From an uncultured delta proteobacterium (GTDB lineage: Bacteria; Desulfobacterota; Binatia; UBA9968): 64,000 bases of DNA. The position numbers and the translations under genes were made by a program. Position 1 is the first letter of the stretch. Each line of letters starts with the position of its first letter. Positions 40,033-48,777 of this stretch are shown here, one piece after another. The stretch lies in assembly GCA_963760795.1 (NCBI GenBank), contig CAVXEP010000005.1, positions 98,609-162,608 on the forward strand, read 5' to 3'. Below the pieces are notes generated by a model. It was not told where the DNA came from. It was given only the letters and a program-made list of their open reading frames with translations, and searched no databases.

Positions 40033-41097
40033 TCAGCGCGCCGGCAGCGGCGCGGGTCCCGCGAGCGTTTTGAACATCTCGATCAATTCAGCGTCCCGTG
40101 GGGTATCGCGAATTGCTTTGGCCAATTCTTCGGGCATCAAGGGATCGGCGTCCTCACCGACGACCTTGCGGTAATCGCGATGAAAATCGGCATCTTTAAG
40201 CGCCTTGCGCATCGCTTCTTGGACCACCTCCACGCGATCTTTGGGCGTTCCCGGAGGCATGACGTAGGGCGAGCCCGTCAGTCTGAAGGTTCTCGCCATG
40301 GTGAGAAGCTTAATCTCTTTTTCAGATTTGGCGAAGCTCTCGATCTCAGGGATATGGCCGAAGCGGGGAGGCTTGATCCCCTTGGGAACCTCCAAGGCGG
40401 CATGAAAATCCATCAAACCTTTTTCTACCCAATCGGGATTGCGCTGCCAGACCGACGCCGAGGTGTTCGCTCTGGCATCGACCTCGCCGCGCAGCAAGGC
40501 AACGTCTAATTCGGGAGCCGCGTAGCCCGGGATGAACTTGCTGTCTTTTAAACCCAGATAATAGGCAAATAAACGGGCCGCGACGTAGGCGCTGTGCCCT
40601 ACCGGCCGAGCACCGACTCTGACTCCCGATGTGGCTCGGAGTTTCTCCAAATTGCTCAGGCCCGCTTCCTTTCTGGTATAGAACACCAGGTGGCTGGTGC
40701 TTTCCGGCGAGCCGAGGTAGAAAAATTTATCGATGTCGTACATCACTCCGCTTTCGCGCAGAATATTCAAAGAGATCACACTGCTGCTGAATGCGCCGAT
40801 GGTGAGCCCGTCCGGACGGGCGTTGCGAGCCATATGGTTGCCTACCTGGCGACCTCCGCCGCCGTCCATGTATTCGACGACGATCGCCGGACTGCCCGGG
40901 ATGTATTTGCGCAGATACGGAATCAGCGATTTTACTCGGCCATCGCCGATTCCTCCCGGCGCGGTTCCGGCAACGACGGTGATGGTTTTCCCCTGATAGA
41001 ATGACGCTTGGGCAAAACTGTGATCGGCTGAGAGCACTGCGGACAGTAAGAGCGTGCCGAAAGCCGTTATTTCAACACCCGCTCCATGCGTAATCAC
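40033..41097 (-). CDS. Bug/TctC family substrate-binding protein
   Basis: FYQGKTI, APGG, RPDGLTIG and LLRGEVD. Confidence 0.88.
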   Translation of the reverse strand: MITHGAGVEITAFGTLLLSAVLSADHSFAQASFYQGKTITVVAGTAPGGIGDGRVKSLIPYLRKYIPGSPAIVVEYMDGGGGRQVGNHMARNARPDGLTIGAFSSSVISLNILRESGVMYDIDKFFYLGSPESTSHLVFYTRKEAGLSNLEKLRATSGVRVGARPVGHSAYVAARLFAYYLGLKDSKFIPGYAAPELDVALLRGEVDARANTSASVWQRNPDWVEKGLMDFHAALEVPKGIKPPRFGHIPEIESFAKSEKEIKLLTMARTFRLTGSPYVMPPGTPKDRVEVVQEAMRKALKDADFHRDYRKVVGEDADPLMPEELAKAIRDTPRDAELIEMFKTLAGPAPLPAR

Positions 41098-41228
41098 AAA
41101 TGGCCCCCTATTTTTTTCTCGCTGTCATCTCGCCCGCAGCGGCCGGCACGCGATCGCTCATCACGGCTTTGAACCCGAGCAAGATGCAACCGATGCGGCC
41201 AGCATGACAAATTTCACGTGCCTGTTGG

Positions 41229-42125
41229 CTAATGCCCCCGAATAAACTCCAGCACATTACGATTAAACGCTTCCGGCTGCTCCCAGTTGATCGAGTGCGC
41301 GGCCTCGGGCAGCACGATGAACTTGGCGCCGGGGATATGGGCAAGTTGGCGGCGCATGACCCAGGGCGGCGTTTGCAGGTCCTGATCTCCGGGCATCAAC
41401 AGCGTCGGCACGCGGATCGTCGCGAGTTTCTCGAAGGTAATCTTGGTGCGTTCGAGCTGTACCGGCGCGCCCTGCTGTCGCGCGTTGTGATGAATCTCTA
41501 GCCAGCGTTTCAAACCTTCAGGATTGGTCGCCATGTAGCCCATACTCACTTCGCGAAACTCCGGCGGCCACTTGGCAAAACCAGGCAGCGCCGTCTTCTG
41601 GCGCAGCACGCGTAACTCTTCGTCGACGATGGCACCGCCGCTTGCAGCGATAACGAGGCTGCGCAACCGCTCCGGATGCCAGAGTACGTAGTCGTAGGCG
41701 GCAAAGCCGCCGCCGGCCACGCCGACGAGATGGAAGCGGTCGAGCTTCAAATATTCTGCAAGCGCGTGGAGATCGTCGGCGATGGAGCTTGGCTGAGGTC
41801 CCGTGTCCGGATTCGCCGCACTCCGGCCCCAGCCGCGTCGGTCAAAAGCGATAACCCGAAAGCCTGCCTCGACGAAGCTTGGAATGTTGTACTGCCAGCT
41901 GTCGGTGTTGCCGGTGTTCGCGTGCAGCAGCACCAGCGGCACGCCGCTCCCGCCGCTGTCGCTGTACCAGAGGCGCACGCCCGGCAGCTCCGCGTGCCCG
42001 GCGAAGCGGGGCGGCGGAGTCTGCGCCGCCGCCGCCATCGTCAAGAACAGTGATCCCTCACCTGCGGACAAACCCAAGAGCGCCGCGGCGGCGAGGCCCA
42101 TCATCAACGGACGTGTGAAATTCAT
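41229..42125 (-). CDS. Secreted alpha/beta hydrolase with an atypical nucleophile elbow (GVAGG)
   Basis: LLHANTG, FDRRGWGRS, LVGVAGGG and EAAHS; GGGAGG RBS. Confidence 0.85.
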   Translation of the reverse strand: MNFTRPLMMGLAAAALLGLSAGEGSLFLTMAAAAQTPPPRFAGHAELPGVRLWYSDSGGSGVPLVLLHANTGNTDSWQYNIPSFVEAGFRVIAFDRRGWGRSAANPDTGPQPSSIADDLHALAEYLKLDRFHLVGVAGGGFAAYDYVLWHPERLRSLVIAASGGAIVDEELRVLRQKTALPGFAKWPPEFREVSMGYMATNPEGLKRWLEIHHNARQQGAPVQLERTKITFEKLATIRVPTLLMPGDQDLQTPPWVMRRQLAHIPGAKFIVLPEAAHSINWEQPEAFNRNVLEFIRGH

Positions 42126-42248
42126 CAACGTCCTCCCTTGTATCGACTTTCGGCGCCGACCGTAGCCGATCCGGTCGCGTGATGTCAACGTGAAACCGAC
42201 TCAAGTCAAAGTGCGCGATACACTGAAGACTTTCGACCGGGGATATTT

Positions 42249-42381
42249 CTCCCGCAAAGGCGCAAAGGTGACGGGAAAGCGCCCGTCACTCCGAACCAAT
42301 GCGAGGGCTCTAAGAAAGATTTCTCACTCCGTTCGAAATGACAACGATTCCGAACTTAGCGTCTTAGCGCCTTTGCGGGAG
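42249..42381. repeat. Nested palindromic repeats
   Basis: Outer CTCCCGCAAAGGCGC...GCGCCTTTGCGGGAG; inner GTCACTCCGAAC...GATTTCTCACTCCGTTCGAAATGAC, like 56806-56871. Confidence 0.75.
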
Positions 42382-42411
42382 CTATTTCGATCCTTCAATA
42401 AAGACAGTAAT

Positions 42412-43416
42412 TCACTTCGCCGTATTGGCGTTAACCAGCGCCAACGCTTGGGCGTGATAAGTGCCGTCGTAGTAACGGCCCGGCGGCGGCGCTTTGCCGC
42501 CCCAGCTGCCCTCGACCTCGGCGCGGAACTTGAGAACGTTGGCGAAGCGCGGCACATCGATCGTTGCATCCTTAGCCAATCCGTTTGGACCGGTGTCCAT
42601 CTCATAGATTTGTCCGGCCAGATCACGCGACAACTTCGCTTGCTTGGCAACGGTATCGATCACTTTGTCTTTGTTTGCCGGATGCATGATCCAGCGCTGC
42701 GCTTCAATATGCGCCGCGAGGTAACGAATGAGTAAATCGCTATGCTCTCGCGCCCATTGGCGGCGGGTGAAAACACCGTAGCGCAGCGTCGGGCCGAAGA
42801 TGTTCGCCGTCGTGGCCAGACTCACCAAGCCGCCCTGGCGCGCCTGCACCGCGGTCTGCCCCGAGGCCATCGTCGCGGCAAATTCTTTTTGCTTCAGCAT
42901 CGCCGCGACGCGCGCCCCCGTGCCGCCGGCTTCTTTCATTATGTAGTCGGTTGGCGCAGCGAGACCGGCGCCGAAGAGAATCTTTTTCAGGGCGAGGGCA
43001 TTTTGCGTATTGGGCGCGTCAACAAGCACAGTCTTGCCGCGCAGATCGGCAAGCGCTTGGATTTCCGGCTGTGCCATCAACTCGGTCGGGGTGTAGTCCG
43101 TGGCGGCGACGAGAATGATATCGACGCCGGCGTTCTCAACCATGGCTATGCCGTTGTCGACACCATAGTCGGCCAGATCCAATTCACCCGACGCCAGCCA
43201 GCGCCGCACCTCTTCGGAGCCGCCGGCAGCCGAGCGCGGAATCTGAATTTGCAGACCGTACTTGGCGAAGATGCCGTTGGCCTGGGCAATCGATGTCGTG
43301 AAGCTGCCGCCGCCGACCTTCAGAGTTTTGAATTCTTGCGCATGGGCGGCGACGGCAAGCGCGATCGCTGCAGTGATAACGCCACTAGCAAAGTTTGCTC
43401 GTAGTTTTGGCCGCAT
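42412..43416 (-). CDS. ABC substrate-binding protein (NitT/TauT class)
   Basis: Signal peptide; AQANGIFAKYGL and DLRGKTVLVDAPNT. Confidence 0.85.
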   Translation of the reverse strand: MRPKLRANFASGVITAAIALAVAAHAQEFKTLKVGGGSFTTSIAQANGIFAKYGLQIQIPRSAAGGSEEVRRWLASGELDLADYGVDNGIAMVENAGVDIILVAATDYTPTELMAQPEIQALADLRGKTVLVDAPNTQNALALKKILFGAGLAAPTDYIMKEAGGTGARVAAMLKQKEFAATMASGQTAVQARQGGLVSLATTANIFGPTLRYGVFTRRQWAREHSDLLIRYLAAHIEAQRWIMHPANKDKVIDTVAKQAKLSRDLAGQIYEMDTGPNGLAKDATIDVPRFANVLKFRAEVEGSWGGKAPPPGRYYDGTYHAQALALVNANTAK

Positions 43417-43443
43417 GCGGCGTTCTATTGATCAATCCCAAGA

Positions 43444-43464
43444 GGGCGGGTTTCAAACCCGTCC
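43444..43464. repeat. REP-like palindrome
   Basis: GGGCGGGTTTCAAACCCGTCC, near-identical to the one at 29043. Confidence 0.7.
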
Positions 43465-43556
43465 ATGCATCCGGAATTCTTCTTCGGACTTATTTTGCGA
43501 TCTTTGCAGTTAATCACCCGGCTCCAAATCTTGTCTATACAGGTTTTTGACGTAAA

Positions 43557-43694
43557 TCACTTAACCTCGACAATGAGTCGTTCGAGAGATTGCTCCCGCT
43601 CCTTCTTGAGTTCGGCTAACGCTTCAGCCAGATCTCCGGTCAAAGTCATGCTTCCGCAGAGTTTTAACGGAGATTGTTCTACGATTTTTCGCAT
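43557..43694 (-). CDS. 45-aa small ORF, possibly an antitoxin-like remnant
   Basis: MRKIVEQSPLKLCGSMTLTGDLAEALAELKKEREQSLERLIVEVK*; ATG 6 nt after the upstream stop. Not in the ORF track. Confidence 0.35.
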   Translation of the reverse strand: MRKIVEQSPLKLCGSMTLTGDLAEALAELKKEREQSLERLIVEVK

Positions 43695-43699
43695 TGCTA

Positions 43700-45715
43700 T
43701 TAATCCTCCCTGCCTGCCGTCACCAACGGCTCGATCACCACTGACGGGTCTAACGGGTTCTTCCTCTTGGCGGCTTCGATGTAATCTTCGCCGTCTTCCG
43801 GCAGCAGGAAACCTTCCTTGACCAATTCATCGACGGCACGTTTGACGATGTCGACGTAGGCCTGATGGCTGGGATAGCGCTCCTCGATCGACAAGCGCGG
43901 ATCGCCGATTTTTTCGCGCTCGGCTTTGGTGCGCGTAAAAGCCTTCAAACAACCGTTGGTCATCATTAGCTCGCCTTCAGCGAAGCCGGCTTTGCGCAGC
44001 GCCCAGCCGATATACGTCGCGATCGGCGCTTGCATGTCCGGATAGCGCACGCCGCCCAAGTCATTGCCGTCGGCGTCCACCTGCGGCACTTGGATCGGAT
44101 ACTCTTTGCCCGGCACCGCCTCGGGCGGGAAAATACACATGATGCCGCGCTCGTCGAAGTCGGGACCGTAGTTCCATAGCGGCAAGCGGCTTGGCTTGGC
44201 GGGCAAATTGACGTCGGGAATCTTGGGAAACCGCTTGAGCGCTTCCTCGGGCGACACCAGTTGTCCGGCGTCGCGCCGCGGCACACGATTAGACGGCGGC
44301 GGGACGCCTTGGCTCGCCCAGCGGTCCATGAGCATGAAGCAGGCGCGCAGGAACGGCTGCGGTGAAAAATTACTCGGCGGCAGTTGACCGACCCATTTGG
44401 GATTGTCGGCTGCGATGGCCGCGTGGGGTGAACCCGCGAGCATGTACATGCGCACGTTGGCGGGAATCTCAGCGTCGCTGCCGTCGCGCGGATCGGTGTG
44501 GGTCATCGAGCCGTGCCGTTCCCAATACTCGCTTGAGGTATGACAGTGAACCAGCAACGGATCGCTGTCGGGACGCTTGAGCACCGCATCTATTTTGCCG
44601 GTGAATGGGTCGGGGATCGCCATAAAGTTAAACGGGTAACGCTCCGACGGGTAGGAATGTTCTTCATGCTGGCGCGGATAGCGGCCGATCTGGGCGAAGC
44701 GCATGTTGAAATACAAACGGCCGATGCCGGTATGCGTCTGTACCGCGTCGAAAACTCGGCGCCCCTCGGCATCGCGGTTCCAGCCCTCGTAAACGAACTC
44801 GCGCACCACCCGGCCGGCCAGCGATGCGCCGTAACCGTAAACTTTATTGATAGCGCCGGCGAGCGGATTGGGCACTCCGGCAGAATCTTTATTGCCATAA
44901 TGAAGAAACGAAACCACATCGCGCAGACCGAGGAACCCGAGCCCCATGACGCGCGAGCCTTCGGTGTCGTAGATCAATTCGTAAATCCAGCCGGTCTTGA
45001 ATCCACCCTTGATGTAAAGATCGACGTTCGCAGGCTTAAGCTCGATCTTACCGTCGACTTCCTTGACCTTGGCCAAGTCCCATTCACTCGGCGGCACAGC
45101 AACCCGGGGGTCGGCTTCTTTTTCTCGAAGGGTGAGCGTCGCGGTGGCGCGGTTGAGTACCGGATAACATTGAATGTTGGCGGCGCCACTCACCGGCATC
45201 GATAGGACTCCTTTTCTGTCGGAAATAAATTCTTGGCGCACTTTGCCGCGCAGCGGCTGGCCGTTCTGGCGCGCTTCTGGTACAAAAGCAACGACATTGC
45301 TGCCGGTATAGACCAAGTCGCCCTGCCAACCCGCAGTGACCACCGTGTAGCCTTGGCGATTGAGAAAGCCGTTGCCGGCGCAATTCTCTTTCGTATAGTC
45401 GCCGCCGCCGTCGTTCAATCGCGTGAACGCGCCGCGCCCGCCGCGGTTGGAAAAATCGAACAACAGTTTGCCATTGCTCTTGCTCATGTCGACCGGCTTG
45501 ACCAGATCAATCACAGCTTTGAACTCGACCAGGCCGTCAGCATTGCGCGGCGCGAATTCTAAGTCGCAAACAAACGGTAAATCCTTTTCGTTTGGGTCGA
45601 TGGCGAAGGAAACCATGCCGAGCAACCGTTCATAAGGGCCGACGTCGCCGAAGGAAGCGCCGCCCGCAAAGGGCGTTCTGCCGGTGAATTCCAGCATGAT
45701 TTTATTTTTAGACAT
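43700..45715 (-). CDS. Alpha/beta hydrolase domain-containing protein (large, Abhydrolase_10-like)
   Basis: FGDVGPYERL, NRGG, GWQGD, YGASLAGR, SSEYW, DADGNDLGG and DPRLSIEERYPSH. Confidence 0.85.
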   Translation of the reverse strand: MSKNKIMLEFTGRTPFAGGASFGDVGPYERLLGMVSFAIDPNEKDLPFVCDLEFAPRNADGLVEFKAVIDLVKPVDMSKSNGKLLFDFSNRGGRGAFTRLNDGGGDYTKENCAGNGFLNRQGYTVVTAGWQGDLVYTGSNVVAFVPEARQNGQPLRGKVRQEFISDRKGVLSMPVSGAANIQCYPVLNRATATLTLREKEADPRVAVPPSEWDLAKVKEVDGKIELKPANVDLYIKGGFKTGWIYELIYDTEGSRVMGLGFLGLRDVVSFLHYGNKDSAGVPNPLAGAINKVYGYGASLAGRVVREFVYEGWNRDAEGRRVFDAVQTHTGIGRLYFNMRFAQIGRYPRQHEEHSYPSERYPFNFMAIPDPFTGKIDAVLKRPDSDPLLVHCHTSSEYWERHGSMTHTDPRDGSDAEIPANVRMYMLAGSPHAAIAADNPKWVGQLPPSNFSPQPFLRACFMLMDRWASQGVPPPSNRVPRRDAGQLVSPEEALKRFPKIPDVNLPAKPSRLPLWNYGPDFDERGIMCIFPPEAVPGKEYPIQVPQVDADGNDLGGVRYPDMQAPIATYIGWALRKAGFAEGELMMTNGCLKAFTRTKAEREKIGDPRLSIEERYPSHQAYVDIVKRAVDELVKEGFLLPEDGEDYIEAAKRKNPLDPSVVIEPLVTAGRED

Positions 45716-45839
45716 CGATTCTCTCCTGCTTGATCATGGATCGCGAGGGGCAGCATCCTCTCACCAATCGGCCGCTCTCTAGTCGCGGACGCTAGCAAAG
45801 TAGTTTGCGACGGTCAACTTAGAGTCGTCCCGGATGAAT

Positions 45840-45869
45840 TTGACATAAACCTCACCGATTGAATAAGTT
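45840..45869 (+). promoter_or_regulatory. Putative sigma70 promoter of cupin-eutA
   Basis: TTGACA-N18-TAAGTT ahead of the GGGAGG RBS and ATG 45909. Confidence 0.5.
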
Positions 45870-45908
45870 CGAATCCGTCTCAATCCTAATCAGCCGGGAG
45901 GATACCAG

Positions 45909-47090
45909 ATGAGCAGTCTAGATCCGGAGAAGCAGCCGGCCGTCGTCCGTGTCGATATGTATCAGGACTGGCGCCAGCGCGAGGGCGCGCCGCTGGTCGG
46001 CGGCGTTTATGTCAAAGACATGAAGGCCGTGGAGGTCGGGCCGTGGCCGCGCAAGGGCGACGGCGTCAAAGGGGCGCTCTGTTATCTCGACGGCGACGAC
46101 GAAGGCGACGAGCATGTGGTCGAATTGCCGCCCGGCGGCTCCACCGCGCCCCTGCGCCATCTCTACACCGAGGCGATCTATGTCGTATCCGGACATGGCT
46201 CGACCTCGGTTTGGCGCGGCGACCAGGGAGCGAAGCAGACCTTCGAGTGGGGCCCCGGCAGTTACTTCGTGCTGCCGACCAACGCTTCGCACCAATTTTT
46301 TAACGCCAGCCTATCGCGCCCGGCGCGCTGGTTTTCCGTCACCGACTTGCCGCAACTTTTACGTCAATGGGCCAGTGAAGATTTCATTTTCAACAATCCC
46401 TACGATTTCACCGATCGCTACGCCGGCGGCGCCGACTATTTCACCGCCGAGGCCAAGCTCTACAAAGGGCGGGTATGGGAAACTAATTTCATCCCCGACA
46501 TCAAAAAACTGCCGCTCTACGAATGGAAGAGCCGCGGCGGCGGCGGCACCAACGCTTTCATGGTGATGGGCGCCGGCATGATGGAGTCGCACGTCTCGCG
46601 CTTCGAATCGGGCCACTACAAGAAAGGCCATCGCCACGGTCCCGGCGCGCATTTGTATATTACCGAGGGCGAAGGCTACGTGCTGACGCAACGCGGCAGC
46701 GAGCCGCGCATTCGCTGCGACTGGCAGGAAGGCAGTCTCTATCTGTCGGGCGCCGGCGAAGGACTGTGGCTGCATCAGCATTTTAACGTCGGCTCCACTC
46801 CCGCCACCTATTTGGTGATGAACCAGGGCATATCGCGCAAGCACGCCGCCAACCGCTGGCAGGCGAGTCAATCCACCGTGCTGCGCCAAGGTGAGGTGAG
46901 CGGCAAAAAAGGCGGTTATCAAGTCGAGTATGAGGACGAAGATCCGGAAATTCATCAAATCTTCGAGGCCGAACTCAAGCGCCGCGGCATCACCTGCAAG
47001 ATGAAAAAAATGGTGCCCTGGTGCACCGGCGAAGCGGGAGCTGAAAGCGCGAAAGCTTTTTTTCTCGACGAGCATGGCGAGGTCGCATAA
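45909..47090 (+). CDS. Bicupin-domain protein
   Basis: RHLYTEAIYVVSG..HQFFN and KKGHRHGPG..HQHFN cupin motifs. Confidence 0.88.
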   Translation: MSSLDPEKQPAVVRVDMYQDWRQREGAPLVGGVYVKDMKAVEVGPWPRKGDGVKGALCYLDGDDEGDEHVVELPPGGSTAPLRHLYTEAIYVVSGHGSTSVWRGDQGAKQTFEWGPGSYFVLPTNASHQFFNASLSRPARWFSVTDLPQLLRQWASEDFIFNNPYDFTDRYAGGADYFTAEAKLYKGRVWETNFIPDIKKLPLYEWKSRGGGGTNAFMVMGAGMMESHVSRFESGHYKKGHRHGPGAHLYITEGEGYVLTQRGSEPRIRCDWQEGSLYLSGAGEGLWLHQHFNVGSTPATYLVMNQGISRKHAANRWQASQSTVLRQGEVSGKKGGYQVEYEDEDPEIHQIFEAELKRRGITCKMKKMVPWCTGEAGAESAKAFFLDEHGEVA

Positions 47091-47106
47091 GAAACAACGG
47101 TACTCG

Positions 47107-47173
47107 CCACGAAGGACACGAAGGGTTGGGAAATAGCGTTTCTTAGACTTCGTGATCTTCGTGCCCTTCGTGG
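47107..47173. repeat. 9-bp-periodic inverted repeat (CACGAAGGA-type)
   Basis: CCACGAAGGACACGAAG...CTTCGTGATCTTCGTGCCCTTCGTGG. Confidence 0.85.
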
Positions 47174-47226
47174 TTAAAGGTTCATTCGCAAAACAGAGCT
47201 ACAGACCCAATTTCTGACACCGCACC

Positions 47227-48723
47227 ATGCACGATCTTCCCCACGATCACGAACACGGCGACGAAGCCGAACATCCGCTCTGGAAGCTCGATACGATCAC
47301 GCTAACCAGTGTCGGCATCGACGTCGGCACGGCAACCTCACAGATCATTTTTTCCCAATTGATCCTGCGCCGGCTCGGGCGCGAGCTGTCCAGCCGCTTC
47401 GTCGTCACCGAACGGGACACGCTGTATTTGTCGCCGGTCCACTTTACGCCTTACAGCGCGGCGCGCGAACGCATCGATGATCAGGCGCTCGGTCGTCTGG
47501 TCGACGCCGCCTACCAGGAAGCGGGCTTGAGCCCGCGCGACGTCGACACCGGCGCGATCATCTTGACCGGCGAAGCGATCCGGCGCGACAACGCGCGCGC
47601 CATCGCCGACCTGTTCGCCGCACAGCGGGGCAAATTTGTCTGCGCCACGGCGGGCCACAACTTCGAGGCGCAGCTTGCCGCCCACGGCTCGGGCGCGGTC
47701 GCTTATTCGGCCGAACAGCAGTGCCGCGTCTTGAATGTCGACATCGGCGGCGGCACCACTAAGCTGGCTGTTGCCGACCGTGGCCGTGTGCTGAGCACAG
47801 CTGCGTTTCACGTCGGCGGGCGGCTATTGGCGCGCGACCGCAAAGGCATGATCACTGTGCTGGAGCCCGGCGGGAAATTGCTGGCGCGCCAGATTGGCTT
47901 CGAGTGGCAGGTTGGCGCGCCCGCGACCGACGCAGAGATCGAGCGGCTGGCGGACCACATGGCGCAGGCGGTGCTTAGCCTCATTCACGGTGAAAAGCCG
48001 GCAGCTGAATTTGACCAGCTCTGGCTGACAGAGCCTCTCAGTGGCCTGAACCGATACGATGCGGTTATTTTCTCCGGTGGCGTCGGCGAATATGTTTACG
48101 GCAAGGAGTCAAAATCCTTCGGCGATTTGGGCGCGCCGCTAGGACACGCACTGCGGGATCAAATAAGTCACGGCGCGCTGCGCTGGCCGCTTGTGCCGGC
48201 GCGCGAGTGCATCCGCGCCACAGTGATGGGAGCGTCGCAACATACGGTGCAAGTGAGCGGTAATACGATTCATAGCAGCGACGAAAGTTTATTGCCGCAG
48301 AAAAACCTCCAGGTGCTGCGGCCGGACGTGGATATGACTGGCGAGATCGTCAGCGCCGATGTCGCTGCGGCGATCCAGCACCATTTCCGGGCTTTTGATT
48401 TGGAAGAAGGAACAGCGCAAGTCGCGCTGGTGTTTCGCTGGGACGGTCCACCCACCGCGATCCGCATCGCGGCATTTTGCCGCGGTCTGATCGATGGCTT
48501 GCCAAATACTTTACAAAACGGTCGGCCGATCTATCTGGTCTTCGACCACGACTTGGCCGGGCTGGTCGGCACGATCCTGCGCGATGATTTTGCTGTCGAT
48601 AACGCTCTGCTGTGTCTGGACGGCGTCACGCTGCACGATTTCGACTTCATCGATCTGGGCAAAACCTTGGAGCCGTCCGGCACTGTACCCGTCACGATCA
48701 AATCCTTGGTCTTTCAGATGTAG
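47227..48723 (+). CDS. eutA: EutA-family reactivating factor (ASKHA ATPase)
   Basis: SVGIDVGTATSQ, TGAIILTGE, FVCATAG, NVDIGGGTT, FSGGV and VPVTIKSLVF; His-rich N-terminus. Confidence 0.88.
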   Translation: MHDLPHDHEHGDEAEHPLWKLDTITLTSVGIDVGTATSQIIFSQLILRRLGRELSSRFVVTERDTLYLSPVHFTPYSAARERIDDQALGRLVDAAYQEAGLSPRDVDTGAIILTGEAIRRDNARAIADLFAAQRGKFVCATAGHNFEAQLAAHGSGAVAYSAEQQCRVLNVDIGGGTTKLAVADRGRVLSTAAFHVGGRLLARDRKGMITVLEPGGKLLARQIGFEWQVGAPATDAEIERLADHMAQAVLSLIHGEKPAAEFDQLWLTEPLSGLNRYDAVIFSGGVGEYVYGKESKSFGDLGAPLGHALRDQISHGALRWPLVPARECIRATVMGASQHTVQVSGNTIHSSDESLLPQKNLQVLRPDVDMTGEIVSADVAAAIQHHFRAFDLEEGTAQVALVFRWDGPPTAIRIAAFCRGLIDGLPNTLQNGRPIYLVFDHDLAGLVGTILRDDFAVDNALLCLDGVTLHDFDFIDLGKTLEPSGTVPVTIKSLVFQM

Positions 48724-48777
48724 GCCCGGCCCCTGTGCCTGACCTGCCGCAGGGCAACCACGGGGGGTTGCCCCTAC
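48720..48777. repeat. Inverted REP doublet (REPIN-like), GTAG...CTAC
   Basis: GTAGGCCCGGCCCCTGTGCCTGACC ... GGGCAACCACGGGGGGTTGCCCCTAC. Confidence 0.7.

Noticed and set aside
45860-45880. GTTCGAATCC resembling a tRNA T-loop
   Set aside because: No acceptor, D or anticodon stems surround it; it lies in the cupin promoter region.
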